Positions 1 through 13,145 are shown, numbered from the stretch's first letter. The stretch: 64,000 nt of DNA from Acidimicrobiales bacterium (GCA_965214945.1 OZ244029.1:1420868-1484867), one strand, 5' to 3'. Notes: generated from the sequence alone by a model not told the origin. Numbers and translations: made by a program.

Positions 1-91
1 CTGAACAAAGACAGTTACGAATTCATTGAACAACCCAAAGACTTGAGCAATCTATAGCACCAGTATGTGACGGGGGTTGTGTGCATAATGG

Positions 92-892
92 GTGATGGCA
101 GCGACCGCTAAGGGTTCGCCTACCGGTACGTCCGCACGCAAGCTGGCTGTAGTGGTGATCCCGGCCTTCAACGAGGAGCAGGCCCTGCCGGCAGTGCTGT
201 CGGAAATCCACCGGCAGCTGCCCCGCATGGACGCCATCGTCGTGGACGATGGCTCTGCCGACGCCACGTGCGCGGTGGCGCGCTCCGCTGGTGCCGCGGT
301 AATACGACTGCCGTTCAACATGGGCATCGGCGGAGCGCTCAGGGCGGGGTTCCGTTACGCCTGCGAGCTGGGATACGGTGCCGCGGTCCAAATCGACGCC
401 GACGGCCAGCACCGCCCTGATCAGGTACCAGCTCTGCTGGCCGCGCTACACGACGGTGCCGACATGGTGATCGGCAACCGCTTCGGAGCAGCCACCGACG
501 GCGGGTCCGCCTACCGGGTCGGGGCGCTGCGCGGTACGGCGATGGCGGTTCTGCGTGTCGGCGTCCGCCTGCTGTGTGGTCAGCGCTTCCGTGATCCCAC
601 GTCGGGTTTCAGGGCCGTGGCACAACCGCTGCTAGGGGCTTTCGCGGCCGAGTATCCGGTGGAGTACATGGACTCCACCGAGGCGCTCGTGGCGGCATGC
701 CGGGCCGGTTACCGCGTGGTGGAAGTACCCGTGCGGATGGAGCGCCGCGCCGGCGGTAACGCCTCAACGGGCCCTGTCCGGCTGGTGTATCATTATGTGA
801 GGCTTGCCGTGGCGCTGCTCGGCGGATCGCGGCATGTCTTGCCGAGAGCTGCAAGCAGCCGGGCGCAGAGCCCGCACAACGTCGTGCGGTAG
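92..892 (+). CDS. Family 2 (GT-A) glycosyltransferase, polyprenyl-phosphate sugar synthase-like
   Basis: 266-aa ORF. N-terminal VVIPAFNEE...VVDDGSADAT and IDADGQH (DxD-like) blocks are typical of GT2 enzymes. GTG/ATG start at 92/95, preceded by an AT-richer stretch (1-90). Confidence 0.8.
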   Translation: MMAATAKGSPTGTSARKLAVVVIPAFNEEQALPAVLSEIHRQLPRMDAIVVDDGSADATCAVARSAGAAVIRLPFNMGIGGALRAGFRYACELGYGAAVQIDADGQHRPDQVPALLAALHDGADMVIGNRFGAATDGGSAYRVGALRGTAMAVLRVGVRLLCGQRFRDPTSGFRAVAQPLLGAFAAEYPVEYMDSTEALVAACRAGYRVVEVPVRMERRAGGNASTGPVRLVYHYVRLAVALLGGSRHVLPRAASSRAQSPHNVVR

Positions 893-903
893 AGTCCGAC
901 GCC

Positions 904-2085
904 GTGCCGACCTTGGCTGAGATCGGCGAGCTGGCTGACGCCGCCGGTCTTGGAAGGGTTCACATCCTGGCCTGGCGTGATGCAGCGCACCCTGAGGCGG
1001 GAGGATCCGAGGTGCACGCCTCGCACGTGGCCCGACTGTGGGCCGCGGCGGGCCTGAAAGTGATGATGCGCACTTCTTCAGTGCCTAGCCGAGCCGCGAC
1101 GACCCGCAGAGACGGCTACACGGTGATCCGCAGAGGCGGACGCCACACCGTGTTCGCGCGTGCCGTCGCAGCAGAACTGGCCGGGTGCCACGGCCGTCGC
1201 GACGCCTTGGTGGAGATCTGGAACGGTGTGCCGTTTCTGTCGCCGATCTGGGCGCGGGGCCCGCGGGCTGTGTGGCTTCATCACCCTCACACCGAGCTGT
1301 GGCGCCACAGGGTGTATCGCCTTGTTGCGCGGCTGGGGCGCACCGTAGAACGCGACCTGGCGCCGCGGCTGTACCGCCGCACGCCGGTGGTAACTCTCGC
1401 CGCCTCCACCAAGCGCCGCCTCGTGAACGACTTCGGCCTGCGTGACGAGTTCGTGCGCGTGGTGCCGCCCGGTATCGACGCCCGCTTCTGCGCCGACCCC
1501 TCCCAGCCACCCAGCGACACACCGCTGCTGGTGACGGTCGGCCGACTAACGCCTTACAAAGGCCACGACCGAGTGATCCGAGCAGTGCACCGGCTGCGGC
1601 GATCCGACCACGACACCCCGAGCGTGTCGGCCACCCAGCTGGCGGTGATCGGCGACGGAGAAGACCGCGCCCGGTTGCTAGCACTTGTGAACTCCCTCGA
1701 AGCCGGTGACTGGTGTCGGCTTACCGGGCGCGTGGACGACGACTCGCTCGTCGGCTGGTATCGCCGGGCTTGGGCTGTGGTCAGCGCCTCAGAGAGCGAA
1801 GGCTGGGAGATGACCCTCACAGAGGCCGCGGCGTGCGGCACGCCAGCCGTCGCCAGCGACATCGACGGCCACCGTGACGCCGTGGTGGACGGCATCACCG
1901 GCCACCTGGTGAGCGGAGACGACGCGCTGACGGCCGCCCTGCGGCTCATTGCCGGCGACCCCGGGCACCGTGATCGCCTCGGTACCGCGGCGCTGGGGCG
2001 CTCGGTGGAGTTCCGTTGGGAGCGCACCGCCTACGACACGCTTGCGGTGCTCGCAGAACAGTGCGTTTCCGCTCGCCGGTGGTAG
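904..2085 (+). CDS. Family 4 (GT-B) glycosyltransferase
   Basis: 393-aa ORF. C-terminal GT1/GT4 signature SESEGWEMTLTEAAACGTPAVASDIDGHRDAVVDGITGHLV (E-x7-E region). Starts 12 nt after the GT2 stop. Confidence 0.8.
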   Translation: MPTLAEIGELADAAGLGRVHILAWRDAAHPEAGGSEVHASHVARLWAAAGLKVMMRTSSVPSRAATTRRDGYTVIRRGGRHTVFARAVAAELAGCHGRRDALVEIWNGVPFLSPIWARGPRAVWLHHPHTELWRHRVYRLVARLGRTVERDLAPRLYRRTPVVTLAASTKRRLVNDFGLRDEFVRVVPPGIDARFCADPSQPPSDTPLLVTVGRLTPYKGHDRVIRAVHRLRRSDHDTPSVSATQLAVIGDGEDRARLLALVNSLEAGDWCRLTGRVDDDSLVGWYRRAWAVVSASESEGWEMTLTEAAACGTPAVASDIDGHRDAVVDGITGHLVSGDDALTAALRLIAGDPGHRDRLGTAALGRSVEFRWERTAYDTLAVLAEQCVSARRW

Positions 2086-2106
2086 CCGCCGACAAGTTGG
2101 CACAGC

Positions 2107-5100
2107 ATGTGGAAAACGCTGTGGAACAGGTGGACAATGTTGTTCACTGTTTGCAGGTCTCTGTTGAAGAGCGGCCGTGGCGCCACAGCGGCGGCCGCGG
2201 TTGTAGCGGCTTACTTGCCGGTGCTGGCATCGAGTCCGGGCCTGGTGGGCGCCGACACGAAGTCGTATCTGTACATCGATCCCGGGCGGTTGATGAGCCG
2301 CGCCGCAAGCCTGTGGGAAGCCGACCGCGCGCTCGGGACGGTCACCCACCAGAACATCGGCTTCCTCTGGCCGATGGGACCCTTCTACTGGGTCTTCGAC
2401 GCACTAGGTGTGCCCGACTGGGTCGCCCAGCGACTCTGGACGGGCACAGTGGTCGCGGCAGCGGGACTCGGCGTGCTCTACCTACTACGAACGCTGGGCT
2501 TCAGCGGCCGCGGCACAGCGGTGGCCGTACTCGCGTACGAGCTGAGCCCGTATCTGCTGCACTACTCGGCTCGCATCTCTGCGGTGCTACTGCCCTGGGC
2601 GGGGCTGGGATGGCTGCTCGGCCTCACCGTGCGGGCAGCCCGCACGGGCGGCTGGCGACATCCCGCGCTTTTTGCGCTGACGGTCGTGACCGTCGGCAGC
2701 ATAAATGCTACCAGTCTTGTCCTGGCCGGACTCGCGCCGGTGCTGTGGCTGGTTCACGCCGCGGCTGTGGACCGTGGAATCAGCGCTCGCGCCGCGCTCG
2801 GTGCCGCAGCACGGATCGGCGCGCTGAGCCTCGGCGTGTCGCTGTGGTGGGCCGCGGCGCTAGCCGTCCAGGGCGCGTTCAGCCTGCCTGTGACCCGTTA
2901 CACCGAAACGTACGAAGTCATCGCTGCGGCCTCGACCGCGCCGGAGGTGCTGCGCGGCCTCGGGTACTGGTTCTTCTACGGCAACGACAAGTTCGGGCCG
3001 TGGATAGAGCCCAGCGTGTACTACACGCAGGGCGGATGGCTGATCTTTGTGAGCTTCGGCTTGGCCGTGCTGGCGCTGGGGTCGGCGGCCGCAGTGAGAT
3101 GGCGCCATCGCGGCTTTTTTGTGCTGCTCGCCGCGGTCGGCGCCCTGGTGGCCGTCGGCGCGCACCCGAACGGCGCGCCGTCTCTGCTGGGCGGGCTGTT
3201 CGAGCACTTCGTGCGCACCGACGTGGGCTTGGCGATGCGGTCGCTGCCGCGGGCGGGGCCGCTGGTGGCGCTCTCGCTGGCTGTGCTGTTGGGTGCTGGC
3301 GTGAACGCCCTGGCCAGGCGCGTTCGCAGGATTGGCGCGTTGGTCGGTGTGGTGGTGTTGGCCGCTGTGCTGCTCAACAACCCGGCGATGTGGCGGCTGC
3401 GCATGATCGAGGATGGCCTCAGCCGTGGCGAGCATCTGCCGGGCTACTGGCATGAGGCCGCCGCCGCGCTAGATACCGGCCGTGGTGACGGCTCGCAGCC
3501 CAGCCGCGTCTGGGAGGTGCCGGGGTCGGACTTCGCGTCGTATCGCTGGGGCAACACGGTCGACCCGATCACCCCGGGCCTCATCGACCGCGGCTATGTG
3601 GCCCGGGAGTTGGTGCCGTTCGGATCACCACAGTCCGCCGCGCTGCTCGGCGCCGTCGACCGCCGCCTTCAGGAGGGCACGATCGACGCCGACAGCCTCG
3701 CACCGATCGCGCGTCTGATGTCCGCGGGCGACGTCATTCACCGCGCTGATCTCAGCTTCGAGCGCTTTCGCACTCCCAGACCGGTGGAGACCGCCGAACT
3801 TCTCGACCGGACCCCCGGCCTGCGCCGTGCTGCGACGTTCGGCACGGCAGGGCCGAACGTCGCGGGGCCGCAGCAAACCCTGATAGACGAGATCCACCTG
3901 GCGCGGCCCGCTGCTCCGGCTCATCCGGCGCCGGTGATCATCTATGAAGTGTCCGACCCGCTTCCGGTACTGCGCACCCGACCGGTGGCTGGAGCGACTG
4001 TGCTAGCCGGAGACGCCGATGGCATCGTGGACGCCGCCGGAGCGGGGGTTCTAGACCTCAACCGCTCGCTTGTGCTCGCGGCCGACCTAGCAGCGGACCC
4101 GGCCCTCGCTAAGCGGGTTTTGGCCGGGCCGGTACACGTCATCGTCACCGACACCAACCGGCGCCGGGCTCAGCGGTGGGGCACGCTGCGCGAGAACCGC
4201 GGCCACACCGAACAGTCTGAGGAGGTGCCGCTGGATTACGACCCGACCGACAACCGCCTCGAGGTGTTCGCCGCACCCGTGGACGCGCATCCCGACGACG
4301 TGCGCACGGTGAGCGAGCAGCGCGGACCGGTGTCAGCGCAGGCCAGCGCCCACGGCAATCCGGTGACCTACACCAACGACGACCGAGCCTATTTCGCCGT
4401 CGACGGCCATGAGGAGACCGCCTGGGTGGTGGCCGCGTTCGCAGAGGCCCGCGGTGAGCGTCTGCGGCTGCGGCTCGCCGAGCCCGCTGCGGTGGGCTCA
4501 CTGCGGCTGCTGCAGCCATCGGGTCGGGACGAGCGGCACGTGCTGGAATCCGGCCGTCACATCACCGAGGTTAAAATCAGTGTCGACGGGCACACGGCCG
4601 CCGTCGCTGAACTCGATGAGCGCTCACACAGCGAGCCCGGCCAGACGGTTCCGCTGGGACGGGGCGACCAGAGCACCACCGCAGAGCTGATCGAGATCGA
4701 GATCACCGACACCGACGTGAGCCGCCGCGCGGTGTACCCGGGTATCGCGCCGGTGGGGTTCGCCGAGACGGATCTCGGGCTCGGGCCGGTCACTGAGGTG
4801 ATTCGCACGCCGAGGGCGCTCACTGACGCCCTCGGCGCCCGCATCGACGACTACGCGTTGACAGTCGTGCTCACACGAGAGCGCTCCAACCCACAGGAGC
4901 CGGTGAGAGCCGACCCCGAGGCCCGAATGCTGCGCGCTGTGCCATTGCCAACAACCCGAGAGTTCACGGTCTCAGGCGCGGTGCGGCTCTCAGCGGTAGC
5001 TGCCGAACCGCTGATCGACGCGCTTGTCGCGCAGGCACCTATTGATGTCGCCGCCGCGACAGCGGCCTCTTCGGGGTATCTCGCAGGAGATCTGCCCAGC

Positions 5101-6570
5101 AGGGCCTCCGCGGCCTTTGACGGCAACCCGGCGACTGCCTGGACGGGGGTGTTCGGGCCACAGAGTGGCCAGTGGATCGAGCTGAGCGCGTCTGAGCCTT
5201 TCCGGGCCGGACGGATAGAGATCACAGCGGTCGTCGACGCGCTGCACTCGACGCCTGAAACGGTTCGTCTGTTCACCGACGGTGAGGACCGCGGCGTGTT
5301 CCATCTCGAACTGATGCCGGAGTTCGACGGCACAAAGCCCGGAGCCACCGCTACGGCGACGCTGCCGTTGAGCATCGAGTCTTCGACGGTGCGACTGGTG
5401 ATCGAGTCAGCGCGCGAGCGGCTGACGCGCGACTGGTACAGCAACGGCTTCGTTGCGCTGCCTGTGGCGCTGGCCGAGGTGCGCCTCAGCACCGCGGCGG
5501 CCCCGGAGCATTCCCCGAGAATCGCTTCGCGCCTCGACGCCGCACATCTCGACACCGGCTGCAGGTCTGATCTGCTGCGGGTCAACGGCAAGCCTGTAGC
5601 AGTGCGGGTGACCGGCACCGTGGCAGACGGCCTGGCTCGCCGGAAGCTGCGGATGGTCGGATGCGAGCCGGTGACCGCCGTCGCGGGCGAACTGCTGCTT
5701 GAGACAGCTCCCGGCGCTGAGACAGGCCTCGATCTCGACCAGGTCGTCTTATCCAGCCCCAGGGCACTGGCCAATCCCAAAGACGGAATCGGCGCAGTGG
5801 ACGCGGTGCGCCACAGTGACACCCGCTACACCGTTGAGGTGCCGCCTTCGGACACCGACAGATGGCTCGTACTCGGCCAAAGCCATAACCGCGGCTGGCG
5901 CGCCGTCGCGGGTGGCGCCGATCTCGGGGCGCCAGTGGTGATCGACGGGTTCGCCAACGGCTGGCTGCTCAGCGCCAGCAGCGACGCCGTCAGCGTAGAG
6001 CTTCGCTGGGCCCCGCAGCAGTCGGTTAACTGGGCGCTGCGCATCTCTGCGCTGTTCATGGCCGCGGCCGCCCTAGCGGCGTTGCGGGGGCGGCGCGACC
6101 GCGCAGAGGGCCTCGGGGCTGGTCGCATCGACGAGCCGTCTCAGCCGGCACTGAACTGGCACTCCGGCACCGCCGGCAGGCCGCCACGGCCAGTACCGGG
6201 ACCGGGACAAATGGCCGCGGGCGTCGCGGCGGTCACCGTGGCCGGGGTAGCCGCGATCAACCTGCCGACTGACAGGCCGTGGCATCTTCTCGCCGCACCA
6301 GCGCTGGCCGCGGCGGCTTTGGCAGCCGCGAAGCTCCGGCCCGCCAAAGGCCTGCTGCCGCTACTGGCGTCGGCCTCGCTCGGGATCGCGGCCCTGTACG
6401 TACTGATCCAGCAATACCGGTTCCGCTATCCGCCCGATTTTGTTTGGCCCCAGCAGTTCGAGGCAGTTCACATCTTTGGGGTGCTGGCTGTTCTGTGCCT
6501 TGCCGCCGACTACGCCGTCACCGTGACTCTCGCGGGCGCTCGCGGCACGGCCGGCGGCCGTGCAGTCTGA
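2107..6570 (+). CDS. AftD/DUF3367-family membrane glycosyltransferase (alpha-(1->3)-arabinofuranosyltransferase-like)
   Basis: 1487-aa polytopic membrane protein. The N-terminal block DTKSYLYIDPGRLMSRAASLWEADRALGTVTHQNIGFLWPMGPFYW...WVAQRLW matches the conserved AftD/DUF3367 signature from memory. It has many N-terminal TM helices, a long soluble middle region and additional C-terminal TM helices. Confidence 0.75.
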   Translation: MWKTLWNRWTMLFTVCRSLLKSGRGATAAAAVVAAYLPVLASSPGLVGADTKSYLYIDPGRLMSRAASLWEADRALGTVTHQNIGFLWPMGPFYWVFDALGVPDWVAQRLWTGTVVAAAGLGVLYLLRTLGFSGRGTAVAVLAYELSPYLLHYSARISAVLLPWAGLGWLLGLTVRAARTGGWRHPALFALTVVTVGSINATSLVLAGLAPVLWLVHAAAVDRGISARAALGAAARIGALSLGVSLWWAAALAVQGAFSLPVTRYTETYEVIAAASTAPEVLRGLGYWFFYGNDKFGPWIEPSVYYTQGGWLIFVSFGLAVLALGSAAAVRWRHRGFFVLLAAVGALVAVGAHPNGAPSLLGGLFEHFVRTDVGLAMRSLPRAGPLVALSLAVLLGAGVNALARRVRRIGALVGVVVLAAVLLNNPAMWRLRMIEDGLSRGEHLPGYWHEAAAALDTGRGDGSQPSRVWEVPGSDFASYRWGNTVDPITPGLIDRGYVARELVPFGSPQSAALLGAVDRRLQEGTIDADSLAPIARLMSAGDVIHRADLSFERFRTPRPVETAELLDRTPGLRRAATFGTAGPNVAGPQQTLIDEIHLARPAAPAHPAPVIIYEVSDPLPVLRTRPVAGATVLAGDADGIVDAAGAGVLDLNRSLVLAADLAADPALAKRVLAGPVHVIVTDTNRRRAQRWGTLRENRGHTEQSEEVPLDYDPTDNRLEVFAAPVDAHPDDVRTVSEQRGPVSAQASAHGNPVTYTNDDRAYFAVDGHEETAWVVAAFAEARGERLRLRLAEPAAVGSLRLLQPSGRDERHVLESGRHITEVKISVDGHTAAVAELDERSHSEPGQTVPLGRGDQSTTAELIEIEITDTDVSRRAVYPGIAPVGFAETDLGLGPVTEVIRTPRALTDALGARIDDYALTVVLTRERSNPQEPVRADPEARMLRAVPLPTTREFTVSGAVRLSAVAAEPLIDALVAQAPIDVAAATAASSGYLAGDLPSRASAAFDGNPATAWTGVFGPQSGQWIELSASEPFRAGRIEITAVVDALHSTPETVRLFTDGEDRGVFHLELMPEFDGTKPGATATATLPLSIESSTVRLVIESARERLTRDWYSNGFVALPVALAEVRLSTAAAPEHSPRIASRLDAAHLDTGCRSDLLRVNGKPVAVRVTGTVADGLARRKLRMVGCEPVTAVAGELLLETAPGAETGLDLDQVVLSSPRALANPKDGIGAVDAVRHSDTRYTVEVPPSDTDRWLVLGQSHNRGWRAVAGGADLGAPVVIDGFANGWLLSASSDAVSVELRWAPQQSVNWALRISALFMAAAALAALRGRRDRAEGLGAGRIDEPSQPALNWHSGTAGRPPRPVPGPGQMAAGVAAVTVAGVAAINLPTDRPWHLLAAPALAAAALAAAKLRPAKGLLPLLASASLGIAALYVLIQQYRFRYPPDFVWPQQFEAVHIFGVLAVLCLAADYAVTVTLAGARGTAGGRAV

Positions 6571-6682
6571 GCACGCTCGCGGCACCCGCCGACCGGTCAG
6601 AGCGCCCAGCGGTTTACGCGTTCCGGACTCGTTGCTTGTTTATTTGCGTATCAAACGTCAGAGAGCCCGGCCGTCGGAGGGT

Positions 6683-8149
<1,467 letters not shown>

Positions 8150-8222
8150 TCCGGGGTCGCCTCCAATACTCGACTTTAACCGTGAGCCTCATGTTGATAC
8201 TTCGGTGCGCGTCGGTCCGAGT

Positions 8223-11200
8223 TCAACCCGAGGCAAACGCCATGACCGCGGCGACCTCGTCGGCACCGGCGGCACGGGCTTCGGAGGTGACCAGCAGCGC
8301 GCGCTTGTACTCGACGGGCATCACCTTCACGAATTCCGAAATGGCACCATCCCAGCGCGCCAGCAGACCTGCTGCGGTCTCGCTGCCGGTCTCATGGCGG
8401 TGGCGCTCCACGCGGCGCCTGAGCCATTCCTTCTCAGCGTCGTCGAGCGGCTCGATCTCAGCCATCTCGAGATTGCAGCGGATCGGCAAAGCGCCGTGCG
8501 GGTCGTGCACGAAGGCGATGCCGCCGGACATTCCGGCCGCGAAGTTGCGACCGGTGCTGCCCAATACCACCACGCGGCCGCCGGTCATGTACTCGCAGCC
8601 GTGGTCTCCAACACCCTCCACCACGGCCACGGCACCGGAGTTCCGTACGCAGAAGCGCTCCCCTGCCAGGCCCCGCAGGTAGATCTCGCCGCTCGTGGCG
8701 CCATAGCCGATCACGTTGCCGGCGATCACGTTGCGGCCTGCGTCGAAGCCTGCGTCGGCCGGGGGGCGAACCACAATGCGGCCGCCGCACAGGCCCTTGC
8801 CGAGATAGTCGTTGGCGTCACCCTCGAGCCGCAGTGTGATCCCCGGCGGCAGGAAGGCCCCGAAGGAGTTTCCGGCCGAGCCTGTGAAGTTCACTACGAT
8901 GGTGTCGTCGGGCAGTCCTACAGCCCCGTGGTGGCGCGTCACCTCGCTGCCGAGCAGCGTGCCCGCGGCGCGGTTGCTGTTTCGGATCGGGATGTCGATG
9001 GTCACCGACCGCCGCTCGGTCAGGGCGCCCTCGGCCAGCTGGATGAGCATCTGGTCGAGCGCTTTGTTGATCCCGTGGTCCTGCTCGACGCGCCTGTGAC
9101 GCGCCGCACCGGGGGGGATGTCGGGCAGATGCAGCACGGGCGACAGGTCGATCCCGGCAGCCTGCCAGTGGTCGACGGCGTCGACGGCGTCGAGCATCTC
9201 GACTCGGCCGACAGCCTCTTCGAGTGTGTGGAAGCCCAGCTCGGCGAGCAGCTCACGCACTTCGGCAGCCACGAACTCGAAGAAGTTGATCACGAATTCG
9301 GCTCTGCCCGAGAAGTTGCGACGCAGCTCCGGGTTCTGGGTGGCGACGCCTACCGGACAAGTGTCCAGATGGCAGACGCGCATCATCACGCAGCCCATCA
9401 CCACAAGCGGCGCCGTGGCGAAGCCGAACTCCTCCGCGCCCAGCAGCGCTGCGATCATCACATCTCGTCCGGTCTTCAGCTGGCCGTCGACCTGCACGGT
9501 GATTCGATCTCGCAGGCCGTTGAGCAGCAGCGTCTGCTGCGTCTCGGCGAGCCCCAGCTCCCAGGGGACCCCGGCATGCTTGATCGACGTCAGGGGCGAC
9601 GCGCCGGTGCCGCCGTCGTGGCCGGATATCAGCACGACGTCGGCGTGAGCTTTCGAGACGCCGGCGGCGATGGTCCCTACACCCACCTCGGCGACAAGTT
9701 TGACGTGGATACGTGCCGCCGGATTGGCGTTCTTGAGATCGCCGATGAGCTGTGCGAGGTCTTCGATGGAGTAGATGTCGTGGTGCGGGGGCGGCGAGAT
9801 TAGCCCCACGCCTGGGATCGAGTGACGTGTCTTAGCAATCCACGGGTACACCTTGTGGCCCGGGAGCTGGCCTCCCTCGCCGGGTTTGGCGCCTTGCGCC
9901 ATCTTGATCTGGATGTCGTCCGCGTTCACGAGATACTCGCTGGTCACACCGAAACGGCCACTGGCGGCCTGCTTGACGGCGCTGCGCCGCAAGTCGCCGT
10001 TCGCGTCGGGCTGATAGCGCTCAGAGTCTTCGCCACCCTCTCCGGTATTCGACTTGGCGCCGATGCGGTTCATGGCGATCGCCAGCGTCTCATGCGCCTC
10101 GGCTGATATCGAGCCGTAGCTCATCGCGCCCGTAGCGAAGCGACGTACGATCTCCGACACGGGCTCCACCTCTTCGATCGGCACCGGTGAGCGGACGCCG
10201 GAGCGGAACTCGAACAGCCCCCGCAGCGTCCCCAGGCGCTTCGTCTGGTCGTCCACGCGCGAGGTGTACTCCTTGAAGATGTCGTAGCGCCCCTCGCGGG
10301 TGGAGTGCTGCAGCTTGAACACCGTCTCGGGGTTGAACAGGTGATACTCACCCTCGCGCCGCCATTGGTACTCGCCGCCCGCTTCGAGTCGGCGATGGGC
10401 TCGGCTGGTCTGATTGGCCGGGTAGGCGAGGCGGTGCCTCACCGCCACAGCCGCAGCCAGCTCGTCGAGGCCGATCCCGCTGATCCGGCTGGCGGTGCCG
10501 GTGAAATAGGCGTCCACCACCTCCGAGTTCAACCCGACCGCCTCGAAGATCTGAGCGCCGGTGTAGGAGGCCGCTGTGGAGATTCCCATCTTCGACATCA
10601 CCTTAAGAATCCCCGCGCACGCGGCTTTCACGAAGTTGCTGCGCGCCTCAGCCGCCCCCATCGCCGGGTTGAAGCCATAAACGCCCCTGGCGGCCATGTC
10701 GGCGACTGTCTCAAGCGCCAGGTAAGGGTTCACGGCGTTAGCGCCATACCCGATGTGAAGGCACAAATGATGGACCTCGCGGGCGTCGCCGGATGACGAC
10801 ACCAGGCCCACGCGAGTGCGTGAGCGCTTGGCGATGAGATGCTGGTGAACCGCAGAGAGCGCCAGAAGCGACGGGATCGGCGCCAGGCGCTCGTCGGTGC
10901 CCCGGTCGGACACGACGATGACCGTGGCGCCGCAGGCGACCGCATCGGAGGCCGCAGCGCAGAGTTCGTCCAGCGCGCGACGCAGACCGTCACTGCCGGA
11001 AGCCACCGGATACAACGCGGGCAGCGTCTCCAGGCGCACACCGAAGCGCTGCTCCGCGGACGCGGCGGTCAGGCGATCGAGTTCGGAGTCGGTGAGGATC
11101 GGCCTGTCGAGATGCACCGCCCGGCACGACTCCGGGCGTGGCTCGAGCAGATTGCCTTCGGGCCCGAGCCGGGCGAACATCGACGTGACTAGCTCCTCCC

Positions 11201-12827
11201 GAATGGCGTCCAGAGGCGGATTCGTGACCTGCGCGAAGAGCTGCTTGAAATAGTCGTAGATCGGTCGGGTGTTGTCAGAGAGCACCGCGGGAGGGGTGTC
11301 GGTGCCCATTGAACCGAGCGCCTCCTTGCCGTCGGCAGCCATGGGCGCCAGCAGCAGCCGCTGCTCCTCGAGCGTGTAGCCGAACACCTGCTGGCGTCGT
11401 GTCAGCTCATCTGGATGGCGCCGACGCGGGCGGCTGGGGGCAGGCTCGGGCAGGTCGCTTAACTCGACCAGGTTGTCGCGGAGCCACAGACGGTAAGGCC
11501 TGGCTGACGCCAGCGTTCGCTTGATCTCGTCGTCGCGCACGATGCGACCCTCGGCGGTGTCGATCAGGAATAAGCGGCCGGGCTGCAGGCGGCCCTTCTC
11601 AATAACCGAACTCTGGGGTATGTCGATCACACCGGCCTCCGACGCCATGACCACCAGACCGTCGTTGGTGACCAGATAGCGCGACGGCCGAAGCCCGTTG
11701 CGGTCGAGCACGGCGCCGATCACCACGCCGTCGCTGAAGGCCATGGAAGCGGGTCCGTCCCAGGGCTCCATGCGCGTCGCGTTGTAACGGTAAAATGCGC
11801 GGCGGCCAGCGCCCATCTCGGCGTGATGCTCCCACGGCTCAGGGATCATCAACATCATGGCCTCGGCCATCGAGCAGCCGCTGAGCGTCAGCAGCTCCAG
11901 CACCTCGTCGAAGCTGCCGGTGTCGCTCGCGCCAGGCGTGCACACCGGCATGGCCCGGTCCAAGCCCGGCAGGTGCGGTGAGGCCAGCAGCGATTCCCGC
12001 GCCTGCATCCACTTGCGGTTTCCGTTGACGGTGTTTATCTCGCCGTTGTGCGCGATCAGGCGGTAGGGGTGCGCCAGTGGCCACGAAGGGAACGTGTTGG
12101 TGGAGAACCGCGAATGTACCATCGCCAGCGCGCTCTCGAGGCGCTCGTCGCGCAGGTCTGCGTAGAACGCGGTGAGCTGACGGGCTGTGAGCATTCCTTT
12201 GTAGATGAGCGTGCGGGCGCTGAGGCTCGGGAAATAGACACCGCGATGGGCCGTAGCGGCACCGCCCATCGCGACTTTGTCCACATCGGTGTCGGCTGTG
12301 CCGATCTCGTGCTCTATACGCTTGCGGGCCACCCATACGCGCCGGTCGAGGCCGATGCCGGCCAGGCCGTCGCCGCTGATGAACAACTGGCGGAAACTGG
12401 GCATGACGGAACGCGACTCGTCGCCCGCGACCGCGGGGTTCACCGGTACGGCGCGCCAGCCAATCACCTCGAGTCCTTCCTCGCGGACTATGGACTCCAC
12501 ATCGGCGGCAGCGGCGTCCGCCTCGCTGGGATCGCGGGGGAAGAAGCCGATGCCGGTCGCGTAATGCCCGGCCGGCGGCAGCGCGCAGCTCATCGTGTCG
12601 CGCAGGAACCGGTCGGGGATCCCGATCAGCAGCCCGGCGCCGTCGCCGGTGTTGGCGTCGGCCCCTCGCGCTCCACGGTGCTCGAGGTTGCGCAGCGCTG
12701 TAATGCCGAGCTCGACGATCTCGTGGCGGGCGGCGCCGCTGATGTCGCACACGAAGCCGACGCCGCACGCATCGCGCTCAAAGCGCGGGTCGTACAGGCC
12801 CTGGCGTGCCGGGAAGTCAGCGAGCAT
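8223..12827 (-). CDS. gltB: Glutamate synthase large subunit
   Basis: 1534 aa. Ntn amidotransferase start ([10 protein letters not shown]), FMN/3Fe-4S central domain and a C-terminal GXGXG beta-helix domain ([18 protein letters not shown]). Confidence 0.95.
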   Translation of the reverse strand: MLADFPARQGLYDPRFERDACGVGFVCDISGAARHEIVELGITALRNLEHRGARGADANTGDGAGLLIGIPDRFLRDTMSCALPPAGHYATGIGFFPRDPSEADAAAADVESIVREEGLEVIGWRAVPVNPAVAGDESRSVMPSFRQLFISGDGLAGIGLDRRVWVARKRIEHEIGTADTDVDKVAMGGAATAHRGVYFPSLSARTLIYKGMLTARQLTAFYADLRDERLESALAMVHSRFSTNTFPSWPLAHPYRLIAHNGEINTVNGNRKWMQARESLLASPHLPGLDRAMPVCTPGASDTGSFDEVLELLTLSGCSMAEAMMLMIPEPWEHHAEMGAGRRAFYRYNATRMEPWDGPASMAFSDGVVIGAVLDRNGLRPSRYLVTNDGLVVMASEAGVIDIPQSSVIEKGRLQPGRLFLIDTAEGRIVRDDEIKRTLASARPYRLWLRDNLVELSDLPEPAPSRPRRRHPDELTRRQQVFGYTLEEQRLLLAPMAADGKEALGSMGTDTPPAVLSDNTRPIYDYFKQLFAQVTNPPLDAIREELVTSMFARLGPEGNLLEPRPESCRAVHLDRPILTDSELDRLTAASAEQRFGVRLETLPALYPVASGSDGLRRALDELCAAASDAVACGATVIVVSDRGTDERLAPIPSLLALSAVHQHLIAKRSRTRVGLVSSSGDAREVHHLCLHIGYGANAVNPYLALETVADMAARGVYGFNPAMGAAEARSNFVKAACAGILKVMSKMGISTAASYTGAQIFEAVGLNSEVVDAYFTGTASRISGIGLDELAAAVAVRHRLAYPANQTSRAHRRLEAGGEYQWRREGEYHLFNPETVFKLQHSTREGRYDIFKEYTSRVDDQTKRLGTLRGLFEFRSGVRSPVPIEEVEPVSEIVRRFATGAMSYGSISAEAHETLAIAMNRIGAKSNTGEGGEDSERYQPDANGDLRRSAVKQAASGRFGVTSEYLVNADDIQIKMAQGAKPGEGGQLPGHKVYPWIAKTRHSIPGVGLISPPPHHDIYSIEDLAQLIGDLKNANPAARIHVKLVAEVGVGTIAAGVSKAHADVVLISGHDGGTGASPLTSIKHAGVPWELGLAETQQTLLLNGLRDRITVQVDGQLKTGRDVMIAALLGAEEFGFATAPLVVMGCVMMRVCHLDTCPVGVATQNPELRRNFSGRAEFVINFFEFVAAEVRELLAELGFHTLEEAVGRVEMLDAVDAVDHWQAAGIDLSPVLHLPDIPPGAARHRRVEQDHGINKALDQMLIQLAEGALTERRSVTIDIPIRNSNRAAGTLLGSEVTRHHGAVGLPDDTIVVNFTGSAGNSFGAFLPPGITLRLEGDANDYLGKGLCGGRIVVRPPADAGFDAGRNVIAGNVIGYGATSGEIYLRGLAGERFCVRNSGAVAVVEGVGDHGCEYMTGGRVVVLGSTGRNFAAGMSGGIAFVHDPHGALPIRCNLEMAEIEPLDDAEKEWLRRRVERHRHETGSETAAGLLARWDGAISEFVKVMPVEYKRALLVTSEARAAGADEVAAVMAFASG

Positions 12828-13145
12828 CGCACTCCTGGAGGCTTGAGCGATTTCTTCGACGCGTCCGCGGGCACGCCACCAGCCTGGTGAGAGGCTTCAG
12901 GCCGCTTTCAGGCTTGTGGTAACCGCTCATCAGACGAGGCAGAGCGGGACGTCATTGGCCCTGGGCGCTGCGGACGCTAGCGCAATCCTACCCGCAGCCC
13001 CGCCACGAGAACAACTCCCGAAGTGGCGCACTGGGGCTGCGGCGCAGGTGGGCTAAAGGGGATTATAAGGGGCGGTGCCCTGTCCTCTACGAGCGGCCCG
13101 GCGGTCGACACAGCGCCGGCGGCCACGTTCGGCAATGATGACGCG

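Noticed and set aside
2016-3455. Numerous long alternative-frame and antisense ORFs in the track (for example 2016-3455, 8112-9803, 11839-12768, 37413-38519, 44855-46060, 50848-51849, 58097-59041, 63401-63997)
   Set aside because: Their translations are dominated by Arg/Pro/Ala/Gly runs and lack motifs. Each lies entirely within a strongly supported gene on the same or opposite strand. This is the typical stop-codon-poor artefact of high-GC DNA.
6571-6682. Rho-independent terminator between the convergent AftD-like and gltD genes
   Set aside because: Only weak, imperfect complementarity (ccgaccgg.../...ccggccgtcgg) is present across an AT-richer patch (ttgtttatttgcgtatcaaacg). No convincing stem-loop plus T-tract could be drawn by eye.
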